Below are positions 28,034 through 37,455 of a DNA stretch of 64,000 bases, in pieces. The notes beneath the pieces were generated by a model, which saw only the letters and a program-made list of their open reading frames with translations, did not search any database and was not told where the DNA came from. The position numbers and the translations under genes were made by a program. Position 1 is the first letter of the stretch, and the number at the start of each line of letters is the position of its first letter. The stretch is from Bacteroidota bacterium (GTDB lineage Bacteria; Bacteroidota; Bacteroidia; Bacteroidales; TTA-H9): contig QKGM01000009.1 of assembly GCA_003250395.1 (NCBI GenBank), forward strand, positions 19,788-83,787. The letters run 5' to 3'.

Positions 28034-28639
28034 TCATATCATTATTCTGAAATAAAACAGTCCTGTTAAGAAGCCCGCAATCCAACCAGCTACTAACTGG
28101 GAAGGATTGTGGGCTTTTAATTTCAGTCGGGCAAATGCAGTCATCGTGGTAACAGTAATCCCTGAAACAATAATTACCACCAGGGATATTATTGAAGGAG
28201 AGAAGAATAAATACACAAAAAATGCTATGGTACCACCAATACCAGCCATATGAATGCTGATCTTCCAGAAAAGATTAAACAGAAATATTATACCAATCAG
28301 TAATGTTCCGAACAAAGGAAGTTGAGATACCAAACCCTTAACACCCATCATCTGGTATATCATCCACAATATAATGGAAGCAATGATCATAACCATGAAG
28401 GGTATTGTCCGCTCCCCTCTGCGGGTCATTTCCCAGCTTAATACAAGCTTCCTCCTGATCATCAGAAAAGTAACCAATACAGGTAGAACTGTTATAAATA
28501 AAAGTGCCGGAATTAATACAATCCATCCCTGCTTAATGCCACCAGCTATACGAAAAAGCCCGTCGTATTGAATTGCAATTATAAACACTATTTGTATCAG
28601 GATTACAGGATGAAATAGCACAGAGATGATACGTGCCAT
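28034..28639 (-). CDS. Integral membrane protein, possibly PAP2-superfamily-like
   Basis: 6-7 TM helices with His-containing loops (KISIHMAGIGG, KAHNPSQLVAGW). The start is uncertain: MARIIS at 28639 avoids overlap with rpoN, whereas the track start at 28684 overlaps rpoN by 11 nt. Confidence 0.4.
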   Translation of the reverse strand: MARIISVLFHPVILIQIVFIIAIQYDGLFRIAGGIKQGWIVLIPALLFITVLPVLVTFLMIRRKLVLSWEMTRRGERTIPFMVMIIASIILWMIYQMMGVKGLVSQLPLFGTLLIGIIFLFNLFWKISIHMAGIGGTIAFFVYLFFSPSIISLVVIIVSGITVTTMTAFARLKLKAHNPSQLVAGWIAGFLTGLFYFRIMI

Positions 28640-28673
28640 TTCCAGGGTATTAACCCTTAAAGTACGGATGAAC

Positions 28674-30194
28674 TTATAGCTCACGGCGCAGACGTGCTAC
28701 CGGGATATTCATCTGTTCGCGGTATTTTGCGATAGTACGCCGAGCTATCACATATCCCTGCTCTTTAAGTATTGCCATCAATTCCTCATCGGTCACCGGG
28801 TTTGTCTTATCCTCATTATCGATGCAATCGATAAGAATTTTCTTAATCTCCCGCGTTGAGACCTCCTCTCCTGAATCTGTGGTTAATGATTCAGAGAAAA
28901 AATACTTCAACAGGTATGTACCGTAAGGAGTTTGTACATATTTACTGTTAGCTACCCGGCTGATGGTGGAAATATCAAGCCTCACCCGTTCTGCAATATC
29001 TTTAAGAATCATCGGACGGATTCGTTTCTCATCTCCAGACAGGAAAAATTCACGCTGATAATCCATTATAGCACCCATCGTGACCGAAAGTGTATGCTGT
29101 CTTTGTTTAATAGCATCAATAAACCACCTGGCAGAGTCTACTTTTTGTTTTACAAAAATTGCAGCATCCTTTTGCTGTGCAGTAGCCTTATCGCGGGCTT
29201 CAACAAAAGTCTCAAGCATTTCAGTATATGTCCGGTTAACTTTTAACTCAGGCATATTCCGCGAATTCAAAACAAGTTCAAGTTCACCATCATGATTATA
29301 GATAAAGAAGTCAGGTATAATATACTGACTCGTTCTCTGGTTCTCATTCAATGAATTACCAGGTTTTGGATTAAGCGTAAGAATAACATTAACAGCATCT
29401 TTCAATTGGTCATCAGAAATTTGAAGACGTCTTTGAATTTTATCGTAATGCTTCTTGGTAAACTCTATAAAATTCCGGTCAATTATCTTAAGAGCAGCCT
29501 CAACAGCCGGTTTCACCGGCATACGCCTCAATTGTAATAAAAGGCATTCACGAAGAGAACGGGCTGCAATTCCAGGAGGGTCAAATTGCTGAATAATCTC
29601 AAGAACCTGTACAATTTCTGACCGCTTCACTTCAAGGTTATAAATAAAAGCCAGATCATCGATCATTGCATCCAATTCCCTGTTAAGATAACCGGAGTCG
29701 TCAATATTTCCAATAATCTGATTGCCAATAATTATCTGTCGTTCTGTCAGTACACGAAGTCCCAGTTGTTGTTGAAGCATCTCCTGAAAACTTGCTCCTG
29801 AAACGAAAGGAGTTTCATGCGCTTCATCATCCGGACTCGTATTATTTGCCTGAAGGCGATACAAAGGAACATCGTCATCATCAAGATAATCTTCGAAATC
29901 AAACTCTTCGCTTTTATCGTGCACAGGCTCAGGATCGCCAAAATCATCATGATCCTCACCAGTTGTTTCATCGTCTCCAGTTATGGGAGCCTGAATATCC
30001 TCTTCAGGTATATCAGGCTGAATATACTCATCTTCAAATTGTAGTTCTGCTTCTTCTAATGCCGGGTTCTCTTCAATTTCCTGCTTAATTCGTTGTTCCA
30101 GTGCCATCGAAGGTATCTGTAACAACTTCATCAGCAAGATTTGCTGTGGAGAAAGTTTCTGAAGAAGTTTTTGCTGTAGTTTCTGGCTCAGCAT
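28674..30194 (-). CDS. rpoN: RNA polymerase sigma-54 factor
   Basis: 506 aa. N-terminal Gln/Leu-rich region I (MLSQKLQQKLLQKLSPQQILLMKLLQ), acidic region II, and a C-terminal RpoN box (ARRTIAKYRE). Confidence 0.95.
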   Translation of the reverse strand: MLSQKLQQKLLQKLSPQQILLMKLLQIPSMALEQRIKQEIEENPALEEAELQFEDEYIQPDIPEEDIQAPITGDDETTGEDHDDFGDPEPVHDKSEEFDFEDYLDDDDVPLYRLQANNTSPDDEAHETPFVSGASFQEMLQQQLGLRVLTERQIIIGNQIIGNIDDSGYLNRELDAMIDDLAFIYNLEVKRSEIVQVLEIIQQFDPPGIAARSLRECLLLQLRRMPVKPAVEAALKIIDRNFIEFTKKHYDKIQRRLQISDDQLKDAVNVILTLNPKPGNSLNENQRTSQYIIPDFFIYNHDGELELVLNSRNMPELKVNRTYTEMLETFVEARDKATAQQKDAAIFVKQKVDSARWFIDAIKQRQHTLSVTMGAIMDYQREFFLSGDEKRIRPMILKDIAERVRLDISTISRVANSKYVQTPYGTYLLKYFFSESLTTDSGEEVSTREIKKILIDCIDNEDKTNPVTDEELMAILKEQGYVIARRTIAKYREQMNIPVARLRREL

Positions 30195-30284
30195 AATTTA
30201 AGATGTCTACAATTTAATGTTTAATACAACAATATGGATGAAGTCCATGAAAGCACCGTAGCCACTAATCAACTTTGGAATAAA

Positions 30285-30292
30285 CAAAGGTA
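30285..30292 (-). promoter_or_regulatory. -7 box (TACCTTTG) for rpoN
   Basis: Plus-strand CAAAGGTA, 91 nt upstream of ATG 30194. Confidence 0.45.
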
Positions 30293-30420
30293 TATCTTTT
30301 TGTTGATTTGAAAAAATGCGGTTTGGTGCAAACATGATATAACCCGTTCTTTCGGAAACCTCTTAAGAACAACCAAAAACCAAGATGGTTCCGACAAAAT
30401 ATCCTTTATCGGTAAATTTA

Positions 30421-31809
30421 TCAGAACTCAGCATTCTGAGGTGTCCGCGGGAAAGGTATTACATCCCGGATATTAGCCATTCCAGTCACAAACAAAACGA
30501 GACGCTCGAATCCAAGACCAAATCCGCTATGAGGAACCGAGCCAAATCGACGTGTATCAACATACCACCACATCTCTTCTTCAGAGATGTTCATTTCTTT
30601 CAGTCTCTGGTTCAATTTAGTCAGATCTTCCTCACGTTGTGAGCCGCCAATAATTTCTCCGATACGCGGGAAGAGGACATCCATTGCCCTTACAGTCTTG
30701 CCATCATCATTCTGTTTCATATAGAAGGCTTTGATATCCCTGGGGTAATTAATCAATATTACCGGTTTCCCGAAGTGTTGTTCGACAAGGTAACGTTCAT
30801 GTTCTGACTGGAGGTCACAGCCCCAATCAACAGGAAATTCAAATTTTCTGCCCGAAGATTTCAGGATATCGATAGCGACAGAATAGTCAAGCCGTTCAAA
30901 TGAACTATCGACAACAAGTTTAAGTCTTTCTACCAATTCCTTATCATACATCTCATTCAGAAATGCCAGATCTTCTGAACAGTTGTCAATAGCAAAACGG
31001 ATAAGGTATTTAATAAAATCCTCAGCGAGATCCATGTTATCAACGATATCATAAAATGCCATTTCGGGTTCTATCATCCAAAATTCAGCAAGATGTCTTG
31101 GTGTGTTAGAGTTTTCAGCCCTAAAAGTAGGGCCGAATGTGTAAACCTGACCCAGCGCCAGTGCACCAAGTTCAGCCTCAAGTTGACCGCTGACTGTAAG
31201 ACGTGATTCACGCCCAAAGAAATCATCGGCGAAATTAACCTTTCCATCAGATGTAAGCGGAGGATTGGCAGCATCGAGAACAGAAACACGGAACATCTGA
31301 CCAGCACCTTCAGCATCACTTGCTGTTATAATAGGTGTGTGCATGTAATAAAAGCCGTGCTCATGGAAATATTTGTGAATGGCGTAAGCAAGATTATGTC
31401 TGATTCGAAGTACGGCACCGAAAGTATTGGTACGAGGGCGCAAATGAGCTATAGATCTCAAAAATTCTAGGCTATGTCCTTTTTTTTGCAATGGGTATGT
31501 ATCAGGGTCAGCTTCACCGAATATCTTTACCGATTCCGCCAGCAACTCAACCTTTTGCCCCTTACCCATAGACTCGACAAGGTTACCGGTAATACTTACA
31601 CCTGCGCCGGTTGTTACAGGCCGCATGGTTTCTTCATCAAAACGGGATAAATCAAATACAATTTGAAGATTATTAATAACTGATCCATCATTCAAGGCTA
31701 CAAAAGCAATATTTTTATTCCCTCGTTTTGTTCTTACCCAACCCATAACAGTGATGGTTGTGCCAGGCACACCGTGCTTAAGCACATCAGAAATTTTAAT
31801 ACGATTCAT
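30421..31809 (-). CDS. asnS: Asparagine-tRNA ligase
   Basis: Start at [10 protein letters not shown]; a -7 box at 31873-31880 lies inside the longer track ORF. Class II motifs are present ([34 protein letters not shown]). Confidence 0.95.
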   Translation of the reverse strand: MNRIKISDVLKHGVPGTTITVMGWVRTKRGNKNIAFVALNDGSVINNLQIVFDLSRFDEETMRPVTTGAGVSITGNLVESMGKGQKVELLAESVKIFGEADPDTYPLQKKGHSLEFLRSIAHLRPRTNTFGAVLRIRHNLAYAIHKYFHEHGFYYMHTPIITASDAEGAGQMFRVSVLDAANPPLTSDGKVNFADDFFGRESRLTVSGQLEAELGALALGQVYTFGPTFRAENSNTPRHLAEFWMIEPEMAFYDIVDNMDLAEDFIKYLIRFAIDNCSEDLAFLNEMYDKELVERLKLVVDSSFERLDYSVAIDILKSSGRKFEFPVDWGCDLQSEHERYLVEQHFGKPVILINYPRDIKAFYMKQNDDGKTVRAMDVLFPRIGEIIGGSQREEDLTKLNQRLKEMNISEEEMWWYVDTRRFGSVPHSGFGLGFERLVLFVTGMANIRDVIPFPRTPQNAEF

Positions 31810-31872
31810 CGGTAAAAAATTAAAAACTAGTAACTTAAAATCAAACCTGAAATAGTCAGCAAAAAATAATTC

Positions 31873-31880
31873 CAAATATA
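31873..31880 (-). promoter_or_regulatory. -7 box (TATATTTG) for asnS
   Basis: Plus-strand CAAATATA, 64 nt upstream of ATG 31809. It overlaps the over-extended track start at 31875. Confidence 0.45.
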
Positions 31881-32019
31881 ATCTGGATTGATTTCATTCA
31901 GGTTATGCCATGCAAAAATAGCGAAATACCCTTACAAACCACTTGTAACGGAAACAGGAGGATGATAACATTTGTTGATTTAATCAGGTAAGCTTTAATA
32001 ATAAAAACAGGTTTTTTTT

Positions 32020-32027
32020 TACCTTTG
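32020..32027 (+). promoter_or_regulatory. -7 box (TACCTTTG) upstream of the ECF sigma gene
   Basis: Exact TAnnTTTG preceded by a T9 run, 167-197 nt upstream of the candidate starts. This implies a long leader. Confidence 0.35.
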
Positions 32028-32223
32028 ACCCGAATCCCGGCTTGCTATCCATCCTGGCATTATTGCTGGTACCAAATACCGGAAATTACGCTCCTTGAAT
32101 CTGAATACTTAATAATAGCTCAACTCTGATTAAGACTCGTATTTATTTATATGATTCATCTGGCGAAAAAAAAATCATTAATCAGGCAACCATTTGAAAA
32201 CAGGTCAGTCTAACGAAACGAAT

Positions 32224-32790
32224 ATGCTTTCATTTGAAGATTTGCAATTGATAGATGGTTGCAAAAGAGGCAAAAGGCAGTTTCAAAACCTGCTGTATCA
32301 GAGGTATTTTAGAAAGATGTTTGCAGTATGCCTGAGATATTCAAATAATCAGGCTGAGGCTGAAGATATCTTACAAGAAGCATTTGTTAAGGTATTCAAA
32401 AATATCTCGAGCTACACAGGTAATGGTTCTTTCGAAGGTTGGATGAAGCGCATTATGATTAACACCTCCTTAACACAGTATCAAAAAAACAAAAGAATGG
32501 GTACTAGTGTTGATTTAGAGGTTGTTGAACCTTACCTGACTGAGAATGATGAAAAATCAGAACAGTCAGGCCGGGCTGTTTCACTGAATACAGACCAATT
32601 AATCGGTTTGATTCAAAAACTTCCGGCTGGATACAAACATGTTTTCAGTATGTATGCCCTGGATGGCTTTACTCATCAAGAAATAGCAGATTCGCTGGGC
32701 ATTAACATAAACACTTCTAAATCGCAGCTTTCGAAAGCACGAAAATACTTACAGAAAGAAATTGAAAAATTGACCGAGAACACTCGATAA
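32224..32790 (+). CDS. ECF-type RNA polymerase sigma-70 family factor
   Basis: Region 2 (LYQRYFRKMFAVCLRYSNNQAEAEDILQEAFVKVF) and region 4 HTH (GFTHQEIADSLGININTSKSQLSKARKYL). ATG at 32224 is preferred; a TTG at 32194 is possible. Confidence 0.85.
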   Translation: MLSFEDLQLIDGCKRGKRQFQNLLYQRYFRKMFAVCLRYSNNQAEAEDILQEAFVKVFKNISSYTGNGSFEGWMKRIMINTSLTQYQKNKRMGTSVDLEVVEPYLTENDEKSEQSGRAVSLNTDQLIGLIQKLPAGYKHVFSMYALDGFTHQEIADSLGININTSKSQLSKARKYLQKEIEKLTENTR

Positions 32791-34037
32791 TGGATCACAG
32801 TCAAGACAATATAGACCAATTGTTCCAACAGGGACTGGACGATTATAGCCCTACGCCTTCTCCAAAGGTGTGGCAGGGTGTCAGTCGTGGTTTATCTTGG
32901 ACTGAATTTGCCAGCTTCAATTTTACCAACTTTGCTCATAACATTTATTTAATAAGTGTTTCATCCGTTGCTCTAGTAGGGGTAATCCTTACAGCTTTTC
33001 TTACCTTTAGCGGTAATCCTTCACCCGAACTGTTAACAACGGAGGTAATCGTAAATCAGGAGATTCCGTCAAATCCAAATCCTGTTGAAGTTAGCAGAGC
33101 AGCTACATCCATACCATCTGATAGTGGAATTACATCTGAACCGGATGAACAAGCAAATGAAAAGCAGAAGATTAGGCTGGAAAAACAGAAGCAGGAACAA
33201 ATTACCCGCACAGAATTAACCATCATGCCCCTGACTCCCAGGGCTGCTTATCAGGTTTTAGAAAAAGATACTGTTAAACGTGATTTTTGGACTAGAACCT
33301 GGGACAAAATTGCAGGCCTTGAAGGATTTTACCGTCATCCGGGAAAGTTTTCACTCGGTCTTTCATCAGGGATTGACAAGTTTGTACAACCGATGGGCGA
33401 AAAAATAAATGATTATACGGCCAATTCGAACACAAGTCAATTAAAGGTCAGATATGAAAACTATGGTTTCCAGATCGAAACCGGACTGATGCTCAACAAA
33501 TGGGAGGATGATGGGCTCTACAATGCCAACTATCGTGATTGGGATACGATATACTCTTATATAAGGGTTGATTACTTTATTCCTGATCCTACGAATCCTG
33601 ACAGTGTGGTACTCATAAAAGAAATTGTATACGTTTGCGATTCAGTAGATAAATCTGCATTAATTTCAGCTTCCAACAAATATACCTACTTAACCATCCC
33701 GCTTCAGTTTGGATATAAATTAGCTGAATACGGACGATTTGGTGTTACAGCCTGGTTAGGAGGTGCCATTAGTTTTGAATCAACCAGGCAAATTAGTTCA
33801 CCAGCTCTTCCTTCCGGTGCAAGAACAAAGGTTTCATATATCGACATAACACCAGAAAGACGTACACAATGGTTTATGTATAATGCCGGACTTAGATTTG
33901 ATATAATGTTATCCAGAAGAATTCAACTTGAAATCGAACCCTATTACCGAGCTTACACAAAACCTGTATTCACAAATGGAAATCTTTCGAACCCTCATTC
34001 ACTGGGAATAAATGCGGGTCTGAGTGTTAAATTCTAA
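32790..34037 (+). CDS. Membrane protein coupled to the ECF sigma gene; anti-sigma-like N-terminus, single TM helix, outer-membrane-barrel-like C-terminal half
   Basis: Its ATG overlaps the sigma gene stop (TAATG). There is a TM helix at about aa 50-72 (IYLISVSSVALVGVILTAFLTF). The C-terminal 200 aa have alternating-hydrophobic strands and a terminal Phe (GINAGLSVKF). Confidence 0.5.
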   Translation: MDHSQDNIDQLFQQGLDDYSPTPSPKVWQGVSRGLSWTEFASFNFTNFAHNIYLISVSSVALVGVILTAFLTFSGNPSPELLTTEVIVNQEIPSNPNPVEVSRAATSIPSDSGITSEPDEQANEKQKIRLEKQKQEQITRTELTIMPLTPRAAYQVLEKDTVKRDFWTRTWDKIAGLEGFYRHPGKFSLGLSSGIDKFVQPMGEKINDYTANSNTSQLKVRYENYGFQIETGLMLNKWEDDGLYNANYRDWDTIYSYIRVDYFIPDPTNPDSVVLIKEIVYVCDSVDKSALISASNKYTYLTIPLQFGYKLAEYGRFGVTAWLGGAISFESTRQISSPALPSGARTKVSYIDITPERRTQWFMYNAGLRFDIMLSRRIQLEIEPYYRAYTKPVFTNGNLSNPHSLGINAGLSVKF

Positions 34038-34131
34038 CAACTTCTATTCGTTTCCAACTGTTTTTAATTAAATTTGTGGTTTCTTGTCAACCTGCCAAGA
34101 GATGTAAAGGCAATAACTAATTCGCACAGGA

Positions 34132-36645
34132 TTGAGAAACAAGTATTTTTTAATAACTACAGTTTTTCTTTTTACCCTTTGTAAAGGGAGTGCATATGCT
34201 GTTACCCTGCCTCCTGTTGACGATTGTGAAGCGAATTTTTCCTATTCTATCATTTCCGGAGCTCCATTATCTGTACAATTTTGGGATGAATCAAACGCAT
34301 CCCTAATCAACTACCTCTGGGAATTTGGTGACAATACCACCAGCGATGAACAAAACCCAATACATGAGTATCAGCAAGGGGGTATTTATGAAGTTTGCCT
34401 CTATATATCTGACGTTACCAAGTCGTGTTTTGACGTTATCTGCAAAACGATCATTGTACCTATTCCTACTGACTGTGGTGCCACTTTCACCTATACACGC
34501 GATGTAACAAATTTATTTCAGTACCACTTTGTAAGCACAACCGGGAGTGCTATTGATTCACTTTGGTGGGACTTTGGAGACGGTAATCATTCAAACATTT
34601 CAAATCCTTCACATACCTATGCAGACACAGGCATTTATGTTGTTACGCTAAATGCTAAAAACATCATAGCCTCAGAGGTTTGTTCGGCTTTGTTTATTGA
34701 TACAATTGATTGTTCGATCGAAGCTTGTATATCAAAATTTGAAGTTATTGCTCATCCTATAAATCCCTTCATATATAATTTTAACGCAGTTACACAAGGA
34801 AGCATTAATTCCTATTACTGGACCTTTGGTGATGGGCGTAACTCTACAGAGCCAAATCCTATCCACATTTTCGAAGACACTGGAACTTTTAATGTAAAAC
34901 TCAAGGTTAATAATGTTTTCTACCCTGAATACTGCAGTGATTCAAGTGAACAAAGCATTTTTATTGAACTGTTACCCTGTCAGTCCCTTTTCTCTTACCT
35001 TCAGGATTCTACTAATCCTTTGTCTTTCAAATTCATGAATCAGTCATCCGGCCCCGGGGATGAATGGATATGGACTTTCGGGGATGGTTCTACCTCTGCT
35101 GAAATCAGCCCGATGCACTTATATAGTGACACCGGTAACTTTGAGGTTTGCCTTACGATAAGAAATTCTCAATACCCGAATTATTGTAATGACGTTGATT
35201 GTATCCCTTTAAGTATAACTGATTTGAACTGTTCATCTGACTTTACATATAGCCAGGATACAACTGATTTACTTTCAGTAACGTTTTCACCTGTCAATCA
35301 AGGCCCGGCTAACATTTATGAATGGTCATTCGGAGACGATTATGCTTCTTCGGAAATGAAGCCTGTTCATCTTTATGCTGACACAGGATGGTATGAGGTT
35401 AAGCATCATGTTTCTAATAATTTCTTTCCCCAATACTGCGATGCAACAATAATTGATAGTATATATATTGGGTTTATTAAATATCCGGCTGCTAACTTTG
35501 ACATCCTTTTTGATTCATTGTCAAGTACGCCCAACCTATTCAAGTTCACAGACCGCTCGACCGGAACCAGAATTACCGACTGGAATTGGTCATTTGGAGA
35601 TGGATCCGGTTCAATTCAGCAAAACCCTGAGCACGCGTATAACATGACATCTGAATACACTATATGCGTTGAAGTTTCAGATTCCATACCTCCCCGATAT
35701 CAATTAAAGAGTCAGACCTGTAAGACAATCCAAACACGCCAATACTATGATTTAGGGGGTTCCATTTTTGATGGGCTAATCCCCATAAACAACCCAGACC
35801 CGGAGGGTGATACAGCAGAAGTAACTCTATATCGTATTTATAATGAAAGTAATATCATAACAATTGCATCCAGGTTATTTTCAACCTTAGGCTACTATTA
35901 TTTCCCAAATATTCTCGCTGGTGATTATCTAATAAGGGCAAATATCACTGATAATTCTCGACAGGCAGGTAAATATTATCCAACTTGGGCAAAAGATGCA
36001 ATTTTCTGGCCGCAGGCTGATCCTATAGAACTCAACCAGAATCTCTTTCTACAGCATGTATACCTACAACCCCTGGCAACTATACCTACCGGAATATGTG
36101 GAATAGATGGAATTGTAATAAGAGTTACTGATCCCAATGCTTTAACTGGCATCTCGGAGTCAGGCGTAACAGTTTATCTTGCTGATTCTGAACGCAGAAT
36201 ACTAAAATACAACGTTACAGATGTAACTGGTCGTTTCCTCTTTCGTAATCTGCCAGTTGGAAACTATTTATTGTTTGCTGACCACCCTGGCTACCAATCT
36301 ACTACAGAATCTATTTCACTAACAAACCAGATGCCCTTTGGCGGTAATATCCGGGTCAAAATATATAAACAATCGGAGGTTGGTATAGATGAATCATTAT
36401 ACCGTGAGAATCTCTTTGTTTCTGAAAACCCCTTCAACAAATTCCTGAATATTTCTCTTTCTGAAACGCTAACAGGAACTTCCAGATTAACCATCAGTAA
36501 CGTAATAGGACAGACAGTTTTTGAACTCAAAACTGAAGAAAAAAAGATTATTGTGAATACTGAAAAATGGCCAACGGGTCTCTATATAATCCAACTTGAA
36601 AACCCTTTCATCCGGTCTCAAAGCCGGAAGGCTATAAAATTCTGA
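34132..36645 (+). CDS. Secreted multi-PKD-domain protein with a T9SS C-terminal sorting domain
   Basis: Signal peptide, then six PKD modules each carrying W.FGDG..S...NP.H.Y...G.Y.V (about 34200-35720). Next come carboxypeptidase-regulatory-like beta-sandwich region(s). The tail is a Por-secretion type sequence (LTISNVIGQTVFELK...WPTGLYIIQLEN...). TTG start. Confidence 0.8.
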   Translation: MRNKYFLITTVFLFTLCKGSAYAVTLPPVDDCEANFSYSIISGAPLSVQFWDESNASLINYLWEFGDNTTSDEQNPIHEYQQGGIYEVCLYISDVTKSCFDVICKTIIVPIPTDCGATFTYTRDVTNLFQYHFVSTTGSAIDSLWWDFGDGNHSNISNPSHTYADTGIYVVTLNAKNIIASEVCSALFIDTIDCSIEACISKFEVIAHPINPFIYNFNAVTQGSINSYYWTFGDGRNSTEPNPIHIFEDTGTFNVKLKVNNVFYPEYCSDSSEQSIFIELLPCQSLFSYLQDSTNPLSFKFMNQSSGPGDEWIWTFGDGSTSAEISPMHLYSDTGNFEVCLTIRNSQYPNYCNDVDCIPLSITDLNCSSDFTYSQDTTDLLSVTFSPVNQGPANIYEWSFGDDYASSEMKPVHLYADTGWYEVKHHVSNNFFPQYCDATIIDSIYIGFIKYPAANFDILFDSLSSTPNLFKFTDRSTGTRITDWNWSFGDGSGSIQQNPEHAYNMTSEYTICVEVSDSIPPRYQLKSQTCKTIQTRQYYDLGGSIFDGLIPINNPDPEGDTAEVTLYRIYNESNIITIASRLFSTLGYYYFPNILAGDYLIRANITDNSRQAGKYYPTWAKDAIFWPQADPIELNQNLFLQHVYLQPLATIPTGICGIDGIVIRVTDPNALTGISESGVTVYLADSERRILKYNVTDVTGRFLFRNLPVGNYLLFADHPGYQSTTESISLTNQMPFGGNIRVKIYKQSEVGIDESLYRENLFVSENPFNKFLNISLSETLTGTSRLTISNVIGQTVFELKTEEKKIIVNTEKWPTGLYIIQLENPFIRSQSRKAIKF

Positions 36646-36671
36646 TGATTAAGCGGTAAAATCCAAACGAT

Positions 36672-37430
36672 ATGGCAAAAAAACCATCAAAAAAAAACAT
36701 CATTGGGATTGATATCGGGGGAAGTGGTATTAAAGGGGCACTTGTTGACATAGAATCTGGGATTCTGTTAACTGATCGTTATCGGTTAACCACACCAAAA
36801 CCAGCAGACCCGGTATCAGTAGGACATACTGTAAAAGAAATAATAAGACATTTTGACTACGACGGACCCGTAGGAATCGGATTTCCGGCGAGAGTCATTC
36901 ATGGAAACGTAAAAACAGCCACCAATATAGATAAAAGCTGGATAGATACTGATGCCCAAAAACTTTTTAGCGGAATAACAGGAATGCCATGCTTTATATT
37001 AAATGATGCAGATGCAGCTGGTATGGCAGAAATAAAATACGGATCCGGGAAGAATCTTAATGGGCTCATATTTATGATCACGGTGGGAACTGGGATCGGT
37101 ACTGCACTTTTTGCCGACGGAATCCTTGTGCCTAATTCTGAATTGGGTCATCTGAGAATGTTTGGAGATATCGCAGAAGCATACACCTCTGATGCAGCCC
37201 GAACAAGAATCAATCTTACATGGAAAGAATGGGGATCTCGTTTTAATGAATACCTCTCCTATCTTGAGTTTTTATTCTCTCCAGACCTTTTTATTATTGG
37301 TGGTGGTGTGAGCAAAAAGTTCAACCAATTTGAAAACCAATTGAAGATTCACGCAAGAATTGTTCCTGCAAAACTTGAAAACCAAGCTGGAATTGTTGGT
37401 GCAGCCGCCTATGCTGTTAATATGTTGTAA
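36672..37430 (+). CDS. ppgK: ROK family kinase, polyphosphate/ATP glucokinase-like
   Basis: 252 aa. IGIDIGGSGIKGALVD phosphate-1 motif, NDADAAG, and the size and architecture of PpgK. Confidence 0.75.
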   Translation: MAKKPSKKNIIGIDIGGSGIKGALVDIESGILLTDRYRLTTPKPADPVSVGHTVKEIIRHFDYDGPVGIGFPARVIHGNVKTATNIDKSWIDTDAQKLFSGITGMPCFILNDADAAGMAEIKYGSGKNLNGLIFMITVGTGIGTALFADGILVPNSELGHLRMFGDIAEAYTSDAARTRINLTWKEWGSRFNEYLSYLEFLFSPDLFIIGGGVSKKFNQFENQLKIHARIVPAKLENQAGIVGAAAYAVNML

Positions 37431-37455
37431 CCAGAGACATTCATAGTTAAACTTT

